Sequence record: NZ_CP064116.1
From: a plasmid
Length of the DNA: 64,000 nucleotides
Strand: one strand, 5' to 3'
The notes under the pieces were generated by a model. The model ran no database searches and was not told the DNA's origin. It was given only the letters and a program-made list of their open reading frames with translations. Shown one piece after another: positions 21,101 through 31,689 of the stretch. The position numbers were made by a program, and so were the translations under genes. Within the stretch, counting starts at the first letter, position 1; each line of letters opens with the position of its first letter.

Positions 21101-21116
21101 GAAAGTCAACGGGCAT
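18111..21116 (-). CDS. tnpA: Tn3-family transposase TnpA (1001 aa, start at MPVDFLTTEQ)
   Basis: Canonical Tn3 TnpA N-terminus and length. The annotated ORF carries a spurious 53-codon upstream extension. Confidence 0.9.
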   Translation of the reverse strand: MPVDFLTTEQTESYGRFTGEPDELQLARYFHLDEADKEFIGKSRGDHNRLGIALQIGCVRFLGTFLTDMNHIPSGVRHFTARQLGIRDITVLAEYGQRENTRREHAALIRQHYQYREFAWPWTFRLTRLLYTRSWISNERPGLLFDLATGWLMQHRIILPGATTLTRLISEVREKATLRLWNKLALIPSAEQRSQLEMLLGPTDCSRLSLLESLKKGPVTISGPAFNEAIERWKTLNDFGLHAENLSTLPAVRLKNLARYAGMTSVFNIARMSPQKRMAVLVAFVLAWETLALDDALDVLDAMLAVIIRDARKIGQKKRLRSLKDLDKSALALASACSYLLKEETPDESIRAEVFSYIPRQKLAEIITLVREIARPSDDNFHEEMVEQYGRVRRFLPHLLNTVKFSSAPAGVTTLNACDYLSREFSSRRQFFDDAPTEIISRSWKRLVINKEKHITRRGYTLCFLSKLQDSLRRRDVYVTGSNRWGDPRARLLQGADWQANRIKVYRSLGHPTDPQEAIKSLGHQLDSRYRQVAARLCENEAVELDVSGPKPRLTISPLASLDEPDSLKRLSKMISDLLPPVDLTELLLEINAHTGFADEFFHASEASARVDDLPVSISAVLMAEACNIGLEPLIRSNVPALTRHRLNWTKANYLRAETITSANARLVDFQATLPLAQIWGGGEVASADGMRFVTPVRTINAGPNRKYFGNNRGITWYNFVSDQYSGFHGIVIPGTLRDSIFVLEGLLEQETGLNPTEIMTDTAGASELVFGLFWLLGYQFSPRLADAGASVFWRMDHDADYGVLNDIARGQSDPRKIVLQWDEMIRTAGSLKLGKVQVSVLVRSLLKSERPSGLTQAIIEVGRINKTLYLLNYIDDEDYRRRILTQLNRGESRHAVARAICHGQKGEIRKRYTDGQEDQLGTLGLVTNAVVLWNTIYMQAALDHLRAQGETLNDEDIARLSPLCHGHINMLGHYSFTLAELVTKGHLRPLKEASEAENVA

Positions 21117-21837
<721 letters not shown>

Positions 21838-22007
21838 TACGCCTATTTTTATAGGTTAATGTCATGATAATAATGGTTTCTTAGACGTCAGGTGGCACTT
21901 TTCGGGGAAATGTGCGCGGAACCCCTATTTGTTTATTTTTCTAAATACATTCAAATATGTATCCGCTCATGAGACAATAACCCTGGTAAATGCTTCAATA
22001 ATATTGA

Positions 22008-22880
<873 letters not shown>

Positions 22881-23089
22881 CTGTCAGACCAAGTTTACTC
22901 ATATATACTTTAGATTGATTTAAAACTTCATTTTTAATTTAAAAGGATCTAGGTGAAGATCCTTTTTGATAATCTCATGACCAAAATCCCTTAACGTGAG
23001 TTTTCGTTCCACTGAGCGTCAGACCCCTAAAAGAACTTTCCGCTAAGCGATAGACTGTATGTAAACACAGTATTGCAAGGACGCGGAAC

Positions 23090-23494
23090 ATGCCTCATGT
23101 GGCGGCCAGGACGGCCAGCCGGGATCGGGATACTGGTCGTTACCAGAGCCACCGACCCGAGCAAACCCTTCTCTATCAGATCGTTGACGAGTATTACCCG
23201 GCATTCGCTGCGCTTATGGCAGAGCAGGGAAAGGAATTGCCGGGCTATGTGCAACGGGAATTTGAAGAATTTCTCCAATGCGGGCGGCTGGAGCATGGCT
23301 TTCTACGGGTTCGCTGCGAGTCTTGCCACGCCGAGCACCTGGTCGCTTTCAGCTGTAAGCGTCGCGGTTTCTGCCCGAGCTGTGGGGCGCGGCGGATGGC
23401 CGAAAGTGCCGCCTTGCTGGTTGATGAAGTACTGCCTGAACAACCCATGCGTCAGTGGGTGTTGAGCTTCCCGTTTCAGCTGCGTTTCCTGTTT
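23090..23494 (+). pseudogene. 5' fragment of an IS91-family (rolling-circle) transposase with zinc-binding N-terminal domain, truncated by the Tn5393 end
   Basis: CESCHAEHLVAFSCKRRGFCPSCGARRM is the IS91-type transposase zinc-binding motif. The frame runs into the Tn5393 IR at 23495. Confidence 0.55.
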
Positions 23495-23575
23495 GGGGTC
23501 GTTTGCGGGAAGGGGCGGAATCCTACGCTAAGGCTTTGGCCAGCGATATTCTCCGGTGAGATTGATGTGTTCCCA
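23495..23575. repeat. 81-bp terminal inverted repeat of Tn5393 (GGGGTCGTTTGCGGGAAGGGGCGGAATCCTACGCTAAGG...)
   Basis: Recognised Tn5393 IR sequence immediately beyond the strB stop. Confidence 0.7.
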
Positions 23576-23600
23576 GGGGATAGGAGAAGTCGCTTGATAT

Positions 23601-24437
23601 CTAGTATGACGTCTGTCGCACCTGCTTGATCGCGGCCGCGATAGCTAGATCGCGTTGCTCCTCTTCTCCATCCGCGTTCCAAGCTGCGGAAAGGCACCCA
23701 TAAGCGTACGCCTGGTCGAGCAGGCGACGCGGATCGACGTCCAGCGCACGAGAGAATGCGTCCGCCATCTGTGCAATGCGTCTAGGATCGAGACAAAGGT
23801 CGTCTCTGTCAGCCGGATCGTAGAACATATTGGCGGCGCCAAAGCCCACTTCACCGACCAGACCGACGGGATCTATCACCAGCCAGCCGCGACTGGAGAA
23901 CATGATGTTTTCATGATGCAGATCGCCATGTAGCCCACGCAGTTCCGAGGCATTGCTCATCATTTGATCGGCTATAATCGCCGCGTGGACGTAGTCAGTT
24001 TGACAACCTGCGTTTTGATCATCGCGCGCCCGCTGAAACAAAGCTGCAAAGCGATCCCGGATCGGGAGAAGGGCAGAAGGCAGGGGTTCCTCAGATGCGG
24101 CATACAGCTTCGCCATTAGTTCCGCTGCAATTTCGGTCGCCTGGTAGTCGCCGTGCTCGGCAACGATGTGAGAGAGCATTCGCTCCCCGGCATATTCGAG
24201 CAACATCAGATTGTTCTCACGACCGAGCAACCGGACTGCTCCCCTCCCATTGCGCCATACCAGATAGTCGGCCCCGCGCAGTTCATCAGCAATGTCTTCT
24301 ATAGGTTTCAATCCCTTGACGATTGCAGGAGTCCCGTCTGGCAATGAAACTTTCCAAACGAGGCTGGAAAAGGTGTCCGCAATGAGAACAGGTTGCGAAA
24401 CGTGCCAATGAGCAGGAAAAACAGGCGGCATGAACAT
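23601..24437 (-). CDS. strB: aminoglycoside 6-phosphotransferase APH(6)-Id
   Basis: MFMPPVFPAHWHVSQPVLIADTFSSLVWKVSLPDGTPAIVKGLKP... is the StrB sequence. Confidence 0.95.
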   Translation of the reverse strand: MFMPPVFPAHWHVSQPVLIADTFSSLVWKVSLPDGTPAIVKGLKPIEDIADELRGADYLVWRNGRGAVRLLGRENNLMLLEYAGERMLSHIVAEHGDYQATEIAAELMAKLYAASEEPLPSALLPIRDRFAALFQRARDDQNAGCQTDYVHAAIIADQMMSNASELRGLHGDLHHENIMFSSRGWLVIDPVGLVGEVGFGAANMFYDPADRDDLCLDPRRIAQMADAFSRALDVDPRRLLDQAYAYGCLSAAWNADGEEEQRDLAIAAAIKQVRQTSY

Positions 24438-25240
24438 CAACCCCAAGTCAGAGGGTCCAATCGCAGATAGAAGGCAAGGCGTTCGCGGTCGGGGGCTTCG
24501 ATCCCCAATACATTGAATAGGACAGCGAAGGCGCGCTCTGCTTCATCTGGCGCTGCCCAGTTCTCTTCGGCGTTAGCAATCATGAGTGCCAAATCGGCAT
24601 AGCGATCTGCTGTTCCGAGCCGCCCAAGGTCGATCAGACCCGTGCATTGAAGAGTTTTAGGGTCCACCATGAAGTTCGGCATGCAGGGATCACCATGGCA
24701 AACAACCATATCGGTGCGCTCTTGGTCGAGCCGCACCGGTAGCTCTCGTTCGACACGAGCCAAAAGATCGAGCTGCGGCGTACTCTTGTCCTCGTCCGGT
24801 AAGAAGTCGGGATTGACGGCATTGCGGGACACCACATCAACGGCGCGTCCGAACATTCGCGACAGCCTGCGCTCAAACGGACATTGATCAACCGATAGGC
24901 TGTGAACAGCGCCAAGTTGCTGCCCCATTGACGGCCACGCTTTGAGCAAATCCGCTCCAGACAGATCAGCCGCCGGTACTCCCGGAATTGCCGTTATCAC
25001 CAAGCATGCACCCTCCTGTTCCTCCTGCCAGTTGATGACCTCGGGGCAAGCCACACCTCGACCTTTGAGCCAAATGAGGCGGTCACGCTCTCCAGCGAGC
25101 TCACCGCGGCGGGAAGCAGGTGCGATTTTCGCGAAGGCATGCCCGTCACCACGTCGAAAAACAAAATCACCAGATTCTCCGCCTCTGACAGGCAACCAGT
25201 CAGAATGCGATTCACCAAAAAAAATATTAGTTCGATTCAA
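24437..25240 (-). CDS. strA: aminoglycoside 3''-phosphotransferase APH(3'')-Ib
   Basis: MNRTNIFFGESHSDWLPVRGGESGDFVFRRGDGHAFAKIAPASRRGELAGERDRLIWLKG... is the StrA sequence. Confidence 0.95.
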   Translation of the reverse strand: MNRTNIFFGESHSDWLPVRGGESGDFVFRRGDGHAFAKIAPASRRGELAGERDRLIWLKGRGVACPEVINWQEEQEGACLVITAIPGVPAADLSGADLLKAWPSMGQQLGAVHSLSVDQCPFERRLSRMFGRAVDVVSRNAVNPDFLPDEDKSTPQLDLLARVERELPVRLDQERTDMVVCHGDPCMPNFMVDPKTLQCTGLIDLGRLGTADRYADLALMIANAEENWAAPDEAERAFAVLFNVLGIEAPDRERLAFYLRLDPLTWG

Positions 25241-25300
25241 TGGAGGTTCCTTCAGTTTTCTGATGAAGCGCGAATATAGAGAAATATCCCGAATGTGCAG

Positions 25301-26116
25301 TTAACGAATTCTTGCGGTTTCTTTCAGCGCCGCCAATACCGCCAGCCCGTCGCGCAAGGGGCGCGGCTCGTGTGTGCGGATGAAGTCAGCTCCACCTGCG
25401 GCGGCGGCAAGCTCTGCAGCGAGTGTCGCGGCCCCGACATCCCCCGGACCACGGCCTGTGAGCGCGCGCAGAAAGGATTTGCGCGAAACAGACAGAAGCA
25501 CCGGCAAATCGAAGCGCAGCCGCAATTCATCGAACCGCGCCAGCACCGAGAGCGAGGTTTCGGGAGCAGCCCCCAGAAAAAACCCCATGCCGGGATCAAG
25601 GACAAGGCGGTTGCGTTTGATACCGGCACCCGTCAGCGCCGCGATGCGCGCGTCAAAGAACGCCGCAATGTGATCCATGATGTCGCCAGCGGGTGCCTCG
25701 CGCCGATCTGCCTGCCCGTCTTGCACCGAATGCATAACGACGAGTTTGGCAGATGATTTCGCCAATTGCGGATAGAACGCAGCGTCTGGAAAACCGCGAA
25801 TATCATTGAGATAGGCCACACCACGCGACAAGGCATAGGCTTGCGTCGCGGGTTGATAACTGTCGAGCGAGACGGGAATGCCATCTGCCTTGAGCGCGTC
25901 CAGCACCGGCGCGATACGCGCGATTTCTGTGTCGGACGAAACAGGCGCGGCGTCGGGATTGCTGGATGCCGGACCGAGGTCGATCACATCTGCCCCCTCG
26001 GCCATCAGCTTACGCGCCTGCGCAATGGCTGCGTCTGGCGCCAGATACCGGCCTCCATCGGAGAAACTGTCCGAGGTTATGTTGACGATGCCGAAAATGA
26101 TGAGCGATTTATTCAT
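25301..26116 (-). CDS. sul2: sulfonamide-resistant dihydropteroate synthase Sul2
   Basis: MNKSLIIFGIVNITSDSFSDGGRYLAPDAAIAQARKLMAEGADVIDLGPASSNP... is the Sul2 sequence. Confidence 0.95.
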   Translation of the reverse strand: MNKSLIIFGIVNITSDSFSDGGRYLAPDAAIAQARKLMAEGADVIDLGPASSNPDAAPVSSDTEIARIAPVLDALKADGIPVSLDSYQPATQAYALSRGVAYLNDIRGFPDAAFYPQLAKSSAKLVVMHSVQDGQADRREAPAGDIMDHIAAFFDARIAALTGAGIKRNRLVLDPGMGFFLGAAPETSLSVLARFDELRLRFDLPVLLSVSRKSFLRALTGRGPGDVGAATLAAELAAAAGGADFIRTHEPRPLRDGLAVLAALKETARIR

Positions 26117-26445
26117 GGGGGCTTCTATAATAATAATAATCGAGCATGAGTCTCATACGGATGCTCGGGTCGAAAGGGAATCCCCAGGCGAGTAACCTGT
26201 TTGCGGTGCTCCATTAGCTGCAGGAGCAGAATAGCATACATCTGGAAGCAAAGCCAGGAAAGCGGCCTATGGAGCTGTGCGGCAGCGCTCAGTAGGCAAT
26301 TTTTCAAAATATTGTTAAGCCTTTTCTGAGCATGGTATTTTTCATGGTATTACCAATTAGCAGGAAAATAAGCCATTGAATATAAAAGATAAAAATGTCT
26401 TGTTTACAATAGAGTGGGATCGGAGACGAAGAAGGACAAGGTACA

Positions 26446-26525
26446 TGCTGACCGATACCAAGCTGCGCAATCTCAAGCCCAGGGACAAACTCTACAAAGT
26501 GAATGACCGGGAAGGTCTCTATGTG
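26446..26525 (+). pseudogene. int: 5' stub (27 codons) of a P4-type tyrosine integrase (MLTDTKLRNLKPRDKLYKVNDREGLYV), cut by a Tn21-family IR
   Basis: Characteristic P4-like integrase N-terminus. Reading frame destroyed at the Tn21-type IR (ggggtcgcctcagaaaacggaa at 26526-26547). Confidence 0.5.
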
Positions 26526-26547
26526 GGGGTCGCCTCAGAAAACGGAA
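26526..26547. repeat. outer part of a Tn21/Tn501-family 38-bp IR (GGGGTCGCCTCAGAAAACGGAA); remainder (aaataaagcacgctaag) at 27874-27890, split by an IS4321/IS5075-like insertion
   Basis: Both halves of a Tn21-family IR found on either side of the IS110-family element. IS4321/IS5075 are known to target this IR. Confidence 0.6.
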
Positions 26548-27873
26548 TCTATGGTCACTCCCGTTTTTGCAACACCGATTTTGACGACAAGTTGGCTTGC
26601 TTGAATCTATCCGGCGTCTGAATGGGATTTTATTCCCGCGCCTCGATGAGTTCCGCGCCTGATGAACCTCCAGAAAATATACGGCTTCAATGAGCCTTTC
26701 CGTTTTACAGGTTCCTCAACAGGCCGGTGGGCCGTTAGTATCATCAATATCAGTATTCGCAAAACCAGATGAATGATTGTTTAAACTGGTGTATTTCTGC
26801 CTTTATGCTTCGTAAGTTTGCTGTCGCGCCGTCAGTGCCCAGGCTATTCTGGCCAGCTTGTTTGCCAGAGCACAGGTGACGACAAAGTTGCTTTTCCGAC
26901 ACAACAACTCCCTGACCCAGTCGGCCAACTTGCCAGACTGGTGTTCCAGTTTTTGTATGAATACCCTGGCACACTGAACCAACAAAGTTCGGATCTTTTT
27001 GTTGCCCCGCTTGCTAATCCCTAACAATGTCGTCCGACCTCCCGTGCTGTACTGTCGGGGTACCAGCCCTGTTGCCGCCGCAAAGTCACGGCTGCTGGCG
27101 TACTGCTTCCCGTCGCCAATCTCAGTTGAAATAGTACTGGCAGTCAGCGTTCCAACGCAGGGAATACTCAGCAAGCGCTGTCCAACCTCATCTTCGTCCA
27201 ACTTTCGTTTCAACTGAGATTCCAGATCTTTAATCTGCTCAACAAGATAGTGATAATGCTGTTGTAATTTCAGCAGTAACTGGCTGAGATAAAGAGGCAA
27301 ACTACTGTCCTCAAGAAGGGTACTCAGTCGACTAATAACGGCAGCACCTCGCGGAACGCTGATACCAAATTCCAGCAGAAAAGCATGCATCTGATTAGTT
27401 GTTTTCACCTTATCCTGAACCAGGGATTCACGGACACGATGCAGAGCTCGCATTGCCTGCTGAGATTCGGTTCTGGGCTGCACGAAACGCATAGATGGAC
27501 GTGATGCTGCTTCACAGATAGCTTCAGCATCAACGAAGTCATTTTTGTTGCTTTTAACGAATGGGCGGACAAATTGCGGTGATATCAGCTTTGGAAAATG
27601 CCCTAACTCTTCCAGCTTGCGTGCCATAAAGTGAGAACCGCCACAGGCTTCCATCGCGATGGTTGTTGCCGGGCATGTCGCCAGAAATTCGATTAGCTTT
27701 GGTCGGGTGAATTTTTTACGGTAAACGGCCTTCCCACGATGATCCTGACAATGAATATGGAAAGAGTTCTTACCCAGATCGATACCAATAAGCGCAATGT
27801 TTTCCATGATGGTTCTCCGAATGAAAGCCTGTCCTCAGCATAGTACTGGGAAGGAGGGAGTGACCATCTCATT
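26548..27873 (-). mobile_element. IS4321/IS5075-like element (IS110 family, IS1111 group, ~1326 bp) inserted in a Tn21-family IR
   Basis: 334-aa IS110-family DEDD transposase (26803-27807). Size and target site are as for IS4321/IS5075. Confidence 0.7.
26803..27807 (-). CDS. IS110-family (IS4321/IS5075-type) transposase
   Basis: MENIALIGIDLGKNSFHIHCQDHRGKAVYRKKFTRPKLIEFLATCPATTIAMEACGGSHFMARKL... is the typical DEDD_Tnp_IS110 N-terminus. Confidence 0.8.
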   Translation of the reverse strand: MENIALIGIDLGKNSFHIHCQDHRGKAVYRKKFTRPKLIEFLATCPATTIAMEACGGSHFMARKLEELGHFPKLISPQFVRPFVKSNKNDFVDAEAICEAASRPSMRFVQPRTESQQAMRALHRVRESLVQDKVKTTNQMHAFLLEFGISVPRGAAVISRLSTLLEDSSLPLYLSQLLLKLQQHYHYLVEQIKDLESQLKRKLDEDEVGQRLLSIPCVGTLTASTISTEIGDGKQYASSRDFAAATGLVPRQYSTGGRTTLLGISKRGNKKIRTLLVQCARVFIQKLEHQSGKLADWVRELLCRKSNFVVTCALANKLARIAWALTARQQTYEA

Positions 27874-27885
27874 AAATAAAGCACG

Positions 27886-29651
27886 CTAAGCCGGTTGCAG
27901 CGGTCGTAGCGGCCTGAACTTGCCCGCGCCGATCTTGGCGCTGCTGCGCCAGAGGTAATCGCCGGTGAGGTTGATGTGCTCCCAACCGAGCGGCGACAGG
28001 TACTGCAACAGCGCGTCATCAACGGCATGGCCGTTGCCACGCAGCGCGTGCGCAGCCCGTTCCAGATAGACCGTGTTCCACAACACGACGGCAGCCGTTA
28101 CCAGATTGAGGCCGCTAGCCCGGTAGCGCTGCTGCTCGAAACTGCGGTCGCGGATTTCACCCAGGCGGTTGAAAAACACTGCCCTGGCCAGCGCATTGCG
28201 CGCCTCGCCCTTGTTCAGGCCGGCATGCACGCGGCGGCGCAGTTCCACGCTTTGCAGCCAGTCCAGGATGAACAGCGTGCGCTCGATGCGGCCCAGCTCG
28301 CGGAGCGCCACGGCCAGGCCGTTCTGGCGTGGGTAGCTGCCGAGCTTTCGGAGCATCAGGGAGGCCGTCACCGTGCCCTGCTTGATCGAGGTGGCCAGCC
28401 GCAGGATTTCGTCCCAATGGGCGCGGACGTGCTTGATGTTGAGCGTGCCGCCGATCATGGGTTTCAGCGCGTCATAGGCGGCGTCGCCCTTCGGGATGTA
28501 GAGCTTGGTGTCGCCCAGGTCGCGGATGCGCGGCGCGAAGCGGAAGCCCAGGAGGTGCATCAGGGCGAAGACGTGATCGGTGAAGCCCGCCGTGTCGGTG
28601 TAATGCTCCTCGATCCGCAAGTCGGACTCGTGGTACAGCAGGCCGTCGAGCACGTAGGTCGAATCGCGCACGCCGACGTTCACGACCTTGGTGTGAAATG
28701 GCGCGTACTGGTCAGAAATGTGGGTGTAGAACGTCCGCCCTGGGCTGCTCCCGTATTTCGGGTTGATGTGGCCGGTGCTCTCGGCCTTGCTGCCGGTGCG
28801 GAAGTTCTGGCCGTCCGACGATGAGGTGGTGCCGTCGCCCCAGTGCTCGGCGAAGGGATGGCGGAACTGTGCGTTGACCAGATCGGCCAGCGCCGCCCCG
28901 TAGGTTTCGTCGCGGATGTGCCAGGCTTGCAGCCAAGCCAGCTTGGCGTAGGTCGTGCCGGGGCAAGACTCCGCCATCTTGGTCAGGCCCAGGTTGATCG
29001 CGTCGGCGAGGATCGTGGTCAGCAACAGGTTCTTGTCTTTGGCCGGGTCGCCCGATTTCAGATGCGCGAAATGCCGAGTGAAGCCCGTCCATTCGTCCAC
29101 CTCCAGCAGCAGTTCGGTGATCTTGACGTGCGGCAGGATCATTGCCGTCTGGTCGATCAGCGCTTGGGCGGTGTCGGGTACCGCCGCGTCGAGCGGCGTG
29201 ATCTTCAAGCCTGACTCGGTGATGATGGCGTCCGGCAGCTCGTTGGCCGTCGCCATACGGTTGACGGTGGCAAGCTGTGTTTCCAGCAGCGTCAGCCGGT
29301 CGTTCAGGTACCGGTTGCAGTCGGTGGCCACGGCCAGCGGCAATTCGCTGGCCTGCTTGAGGCTGGCGAATTTCGCGGGCGGCACCAGGTAGTCCTCGAA
29401 GTCCTTGAACTGGCGCGACCCCTGCACCCAGATGTCGCCGGAACGCAACGCGTTCTTCATCTCCGACAGCGCGCACAGTTCGTAGTAGCGCCGGTCGATG
29501 CCGGTGTCGGTCATGACCAGCTTCTGCCAGCGCGGCTTGATGAACTCGGTCGGCGCGTCGGCGGGCACCTTGCGGGCGTTGTCGCTGTTCATGCCGCGCA
29601 GCACCTCGATGGCGTCGAGCACGTCCTTCGCGGCGGGAGCGGCCCGCAGCT
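27886..29651 (-). pseudogene. tnpA: 3' ~590 codons of a Tn21/Tn1696-family TnpA, 5' end removed by IS26 copy 2
   Basis: C-terminal Tn3-family transposase homology. The stop lies inside the IR remnant. The ORF is cut at the IS26 boundary (29652). Confidence 0.75.
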
Positions 29652-30471
29652 GGCACTGTTGCAAAGTTAGCGATGAGGCAGCCTTTTGTCTTATTCAAAG
29701 GCCTTACATTTCAAAAACTCTGCTTACCAGGCGCATTTCGCCCAGGGGATCACCATAATAAAATGCTGAGGCCTGGCCTTTGCGTAGTGCACGCATCACC
29801 TCAATACCTTTGATGGTGGCGTAAGCCGTCTTCATGGATTTAAATCCCAGCGTGGCGCCGATTATCCGTTTCAGTTTGCCATGATCGCATTCAATCACGT
29901 TGTTCCGGTACTTAATCTGTCGGTGTTCAACGTCAGACGGGCACCGGCCTTCGCGTTTGAGCAGAGCAAGCGCGCGACCATAGGCGGGCGCTTTATCCGT
30001 GTTGATGAATCGCGGGATCTGCCACTTCTTCACGTTGTTGAGGATTTTACCCAGAAACCGGTATGCAGCTTTGCTGTTACGACGGGAGGAGAGATAAAAA
30101 TCGACAGTGCGGCCCCGGCTGTCGACGGCCCGGTACAGATACGCCCAGCGGCCATTGACCTTCACGTAGGTTTCATCCATGTGCCACGGGCAAAGATCGG
30201 AAGGGTTACGCCAGTACCAGCGCAGCCGTTTTTCCATTTCAGGCGCATAACGCTGAACCCAGCGGTAAATCGTGGAGTGATCGACATTCACTCCGCGTTC
30301 AGCCAGCATCTCCTGCAGCTCACGGTAACTGATGCCGTATTTGCAGTACCAGCGTACGGCCCACAGAATGATGTCACGCTGAAAATGCCGGCCTTTGAAT
30401 GGGTTCATGTGCAGCTCCATCAGCAAAAGGGGATGATAAGTTTATCACCACCGACTATTTGCAACAGTGCC
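29652..30471 (-). mobile_element. IS26: IS26 copy 2 (inverted relative to copies 1, 3 and 4)
   Basis: Exact IS26 ends. tnp26 at 29704-30426 on the minus strand. Confidence 0.95.
29704..30426 (-). CDS. tnp26: IS26 transposase Tnp26
   Basis: Identical 240-aa sequence. Confidence 0.95.
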   Translation of the reverse strand: MLMELHMNPFKGRHFQRDIILWAVRWYCKYGISYRELQEMLAERGVNVDHSTIYRWVQRYAPEMEKRLRWYWRNPSDLCPWHMDETYVKVNGRWAYLYRAVDSRGRTVDFYLSSRRNSKAAYRFLGKILNNVKKWQIPRFINTDKAPAYGRALALLKREGRCPSDVEHRQIKYRNNVIECDHGKLKRIIGATLGFKSMKTAYATIKGIEVMRALRKGQASAFYYGDPLGEMRLVSRVFEM

Positions 30472-31097
30472 CTACAGAAAACCTTATTCTATGGGCTTGC
30501 AGCGCCATCGCACTGCTTGCCGTTGTATTCTTCCGGCGTTCAGTACGGCACAGGCGACACAAAAGGAAGCAGCAAAGTGCGCGGCGGGTGCTGGAGCGCA
30601 TAAAGACGTTGCCGGGCTTCCCACAAAAAATTAACTACCTGAGGAAAATTGATCCTTTTGTGTTTGAAGAACTGTTGCTGGAAGGATTTGAAGCGCATGG
30701 CTTCAGAACCATCAGAAACAAACGCTATACCGGCGATGGAGGCATTGACGGCCAGGTAATAATAGGAAAATATCGCTATCTTATTCAGGCTAAACGCTAT
30801 CGCGGCCATATTGCTTTACAGCACGTACAGGAGTTCGAGAAGTTGCTTAAACGTCATAACTGTCGCGGTCTGTTTTGCCATACCGGGAAAACCGGCGCAG
30901 GTTCAAAATCTGTCAGTATTGCCAGTGAACGGATGGAGATTATCAGCGGCCAGCGCCTGATAGATTTGCTCACGCCCGGCAGCTCCTTCACTATCGCAAC
31001 CGCCCCGCAGACGATGATGAAGCGTACCGCAGCAACACTAGAAACGAGCACCATTGTTAAAGATGCCGGTAAAGAAAATCGATACCATGAGAGTTAA
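30472..31097 (+). pseudogene. membrane-anchored Mrr-like restriction endonuclease domain protein, apparently 5'-truncated by IS26
   Basis: TM helix LILWACSAIALLAVVFF then the Mrr_cat-type core (FEELLLEGFEAHGF..TGDGGIDG...IQAKRY). No in-frame start downstream of the IS26 boundary. Confidence 0.5.
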
Positions 31098-31101
31098 TTA
31101 A

Positions 31102-31308
31102 ATGAAGTCAGTAACTATAGAAGCAAAAACATTTGCTGAAATGTTAGGAATAACAGAAGGTGAGTTAATCTTTGCCATTAAGAAAACTGGCACATTCAAA
31201 AACAAGACCATCCCACAACCTCATGAGCCACATAAATCAAATAATAGATTTTTATATTCAGACGTAATGAGGTTTATAGAATCACTAAAAGACAAAGAGA
31301 ACCGGTAA
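31102..31308 (+). CDS. small hypothetical protein (68 aa)
   Basis: ORF with a ribosome-binding-site-like gagag upstream. No motif recognised. Confidence 0.3.
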   Translation: MKSVTIEAKTFAEMLGITEGELIFAIKKTGTFKNKTIPQPHEPHKSNNRFLYSDVMRFIESLKDKENR

Positions 31309-31600
31309 TGACTCCAACTTACTGATAGTGTTTTATGTTCAGATAATGCCCGATGACCTTGTCATGCAGCTCCACCGATTTTGAGAACGACAGTGACTTC
31401 CGTCCCAGCCTTGCCAGATGTTGTCTCAGATTCAGGTTATGTCGCTCAATGCGCTGAGTGTAACGCTTGCTGATAACGTGCAGCTTTCCCTTCAGGCGGG
31501 GTTCATACAGCGGCCAGCCATCCGTCATCCATACCACGACCTCAAAGGCCGACAGCAGGCCCAGAAGACGCTCCAGCGTGGCCAACGTGCGTTACCTAAC
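31304..31600 (-). mobile_element. IS1: IS1 remnant (right end with IR GGTAATGACTCCAAC and 3' part of insB)
   Basis: IS1 terminal IR at 31304 and the InsB C-terminus (...[54 protein letters not shown]). Confidence 0.8.
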
Positions 31601-31689
31601 AATAAACCTGTTTAAATATCCAGATAAAAACATTCAATCTGGGTCAAATGAGTGATACAGTTTCACCCATAAGACCCAATGGAGGCAAT

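Noticed and set aside
26376-26621. 81-aa ORF spanning the sul2-upstream region
   Set aside because: Only the MLTDTKLRNLKPRDKLYKVNDREGLYV part is meaningful (integrase N-terminus). The remainder is read-through into a Tn21-type IR and the IS4321-like element.
27976-29698. Several 100-330-aa ORFs antisense to the truncated Tn21-family tnpA
   Set aside because: Arg/Gly/Pro-rich translations of high-GC DNA. The sense-strand transposase fragment is clearly the real coding frame.
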